Source: Lytechinus pictus (lineage: Eukaryota). From it: a DNA stretch of 64,000 nucleotides. A model generated the notes under the pieces. It searched no databases and was not told where the DNA came from. It saw nothing but the letters and a program-made list of their open reading frames with translations. The stretch covers positions 12,402,001-12,466,000 of the forward strand of contig NC_087245.1 of assembly GCF_037042905.1 (NCBI RefSeq). The letters are read 5' to 3'. The translations under genes and the position numbers were made by a program. Within the stretch, counting starts at the first letter, position 1. Every line of letters begins with the position of its first letter. This document shows, one piece after another, positions 63,551-64,000 of the stretch.

Positions 63551-64000
63551 TCTAATCTAATTTTTGGGGTTTGAATATACCGGTATTGAAGAATCCAATA
63601 CCGAAAAAGCTTTAGTACCCTTTCATATTTCTTTGGTTTTGCCTAGGTGCCCCTGTTGCCTTGGTGCCCTTAAATTTTTTTTGAGAAAGCCTCCCAAACC
63701 CAAAATTACCTGTCCCTAAAACTGGTGATATTTGAGGCCTGGTAAACCCATGGGCCCGTATTCTGAAGTCGGGTTTAACTTAAACTTGTGTTTAAAGTTG
63801 TGGTTTAAGTATGGATAGCCAAATGTTACATAAATCACTAACAGTAGAGATATCATATTTCAGCTCATTTGGCTCTCAAATCATTCATAATTGTCTAGGA
63901 AGTATACAAAGATGGTTGTCTTCACCATCAATGAATCAGGAAAGAGCACAGTAAACATAAGAAACATACAACTTAATAAAAAAAATTGACACTTTTGGCT

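Overview
AT-rich, intron-containing animal genomic DNA. The repeat landscape looks echinoderm/sea-urchin-like; this is my inference, not verified. Almost none of the supplied ORFs are real genes. Two convergent spliced genes were reconstructed by hand from GT-AG junctions with consistent phases. (1) The last three coding exons of N-acetylglutamate synthase (NAGS, + strand, 1440-3024). (2) A 32-coding-exon, about 1071-aa coiled-coil protein on the - strand (ATG 45222 to stop 16770, probable non-coding first exon ending at 46750), whose N- and C-terminal blocks resemble vertebrate FAM186A/B. The rest is dominated by non-autonomous DNA transposons defined by TIRs and target-site duplications: two copies of a CAC...GTG / 4-bp-TSD (Chapaev-type) composite element (5721-9569 and 47578-54766, the second with three extra nested insertions), a three-tier nest inside one intron that includes a near-identical 1816-bp tandem duplication, and Kolobok-, Harbinger-, hAT-, CACTA-, Tc1/mariner- and Sola-type MITEs. 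There are also tRNA-derived SINEs and a LINE 3' fragment. No transposase ORF, rRNA, true tRNA or CRISPR array was seen. No clearly new biological system is demonstrable. The best leads are the invertebrate FAM186-like gene, the cargo-carrying Chapaev-type element, a recurring X-box+CCAAT module in MITEs and a candidate membrane micropeptide.
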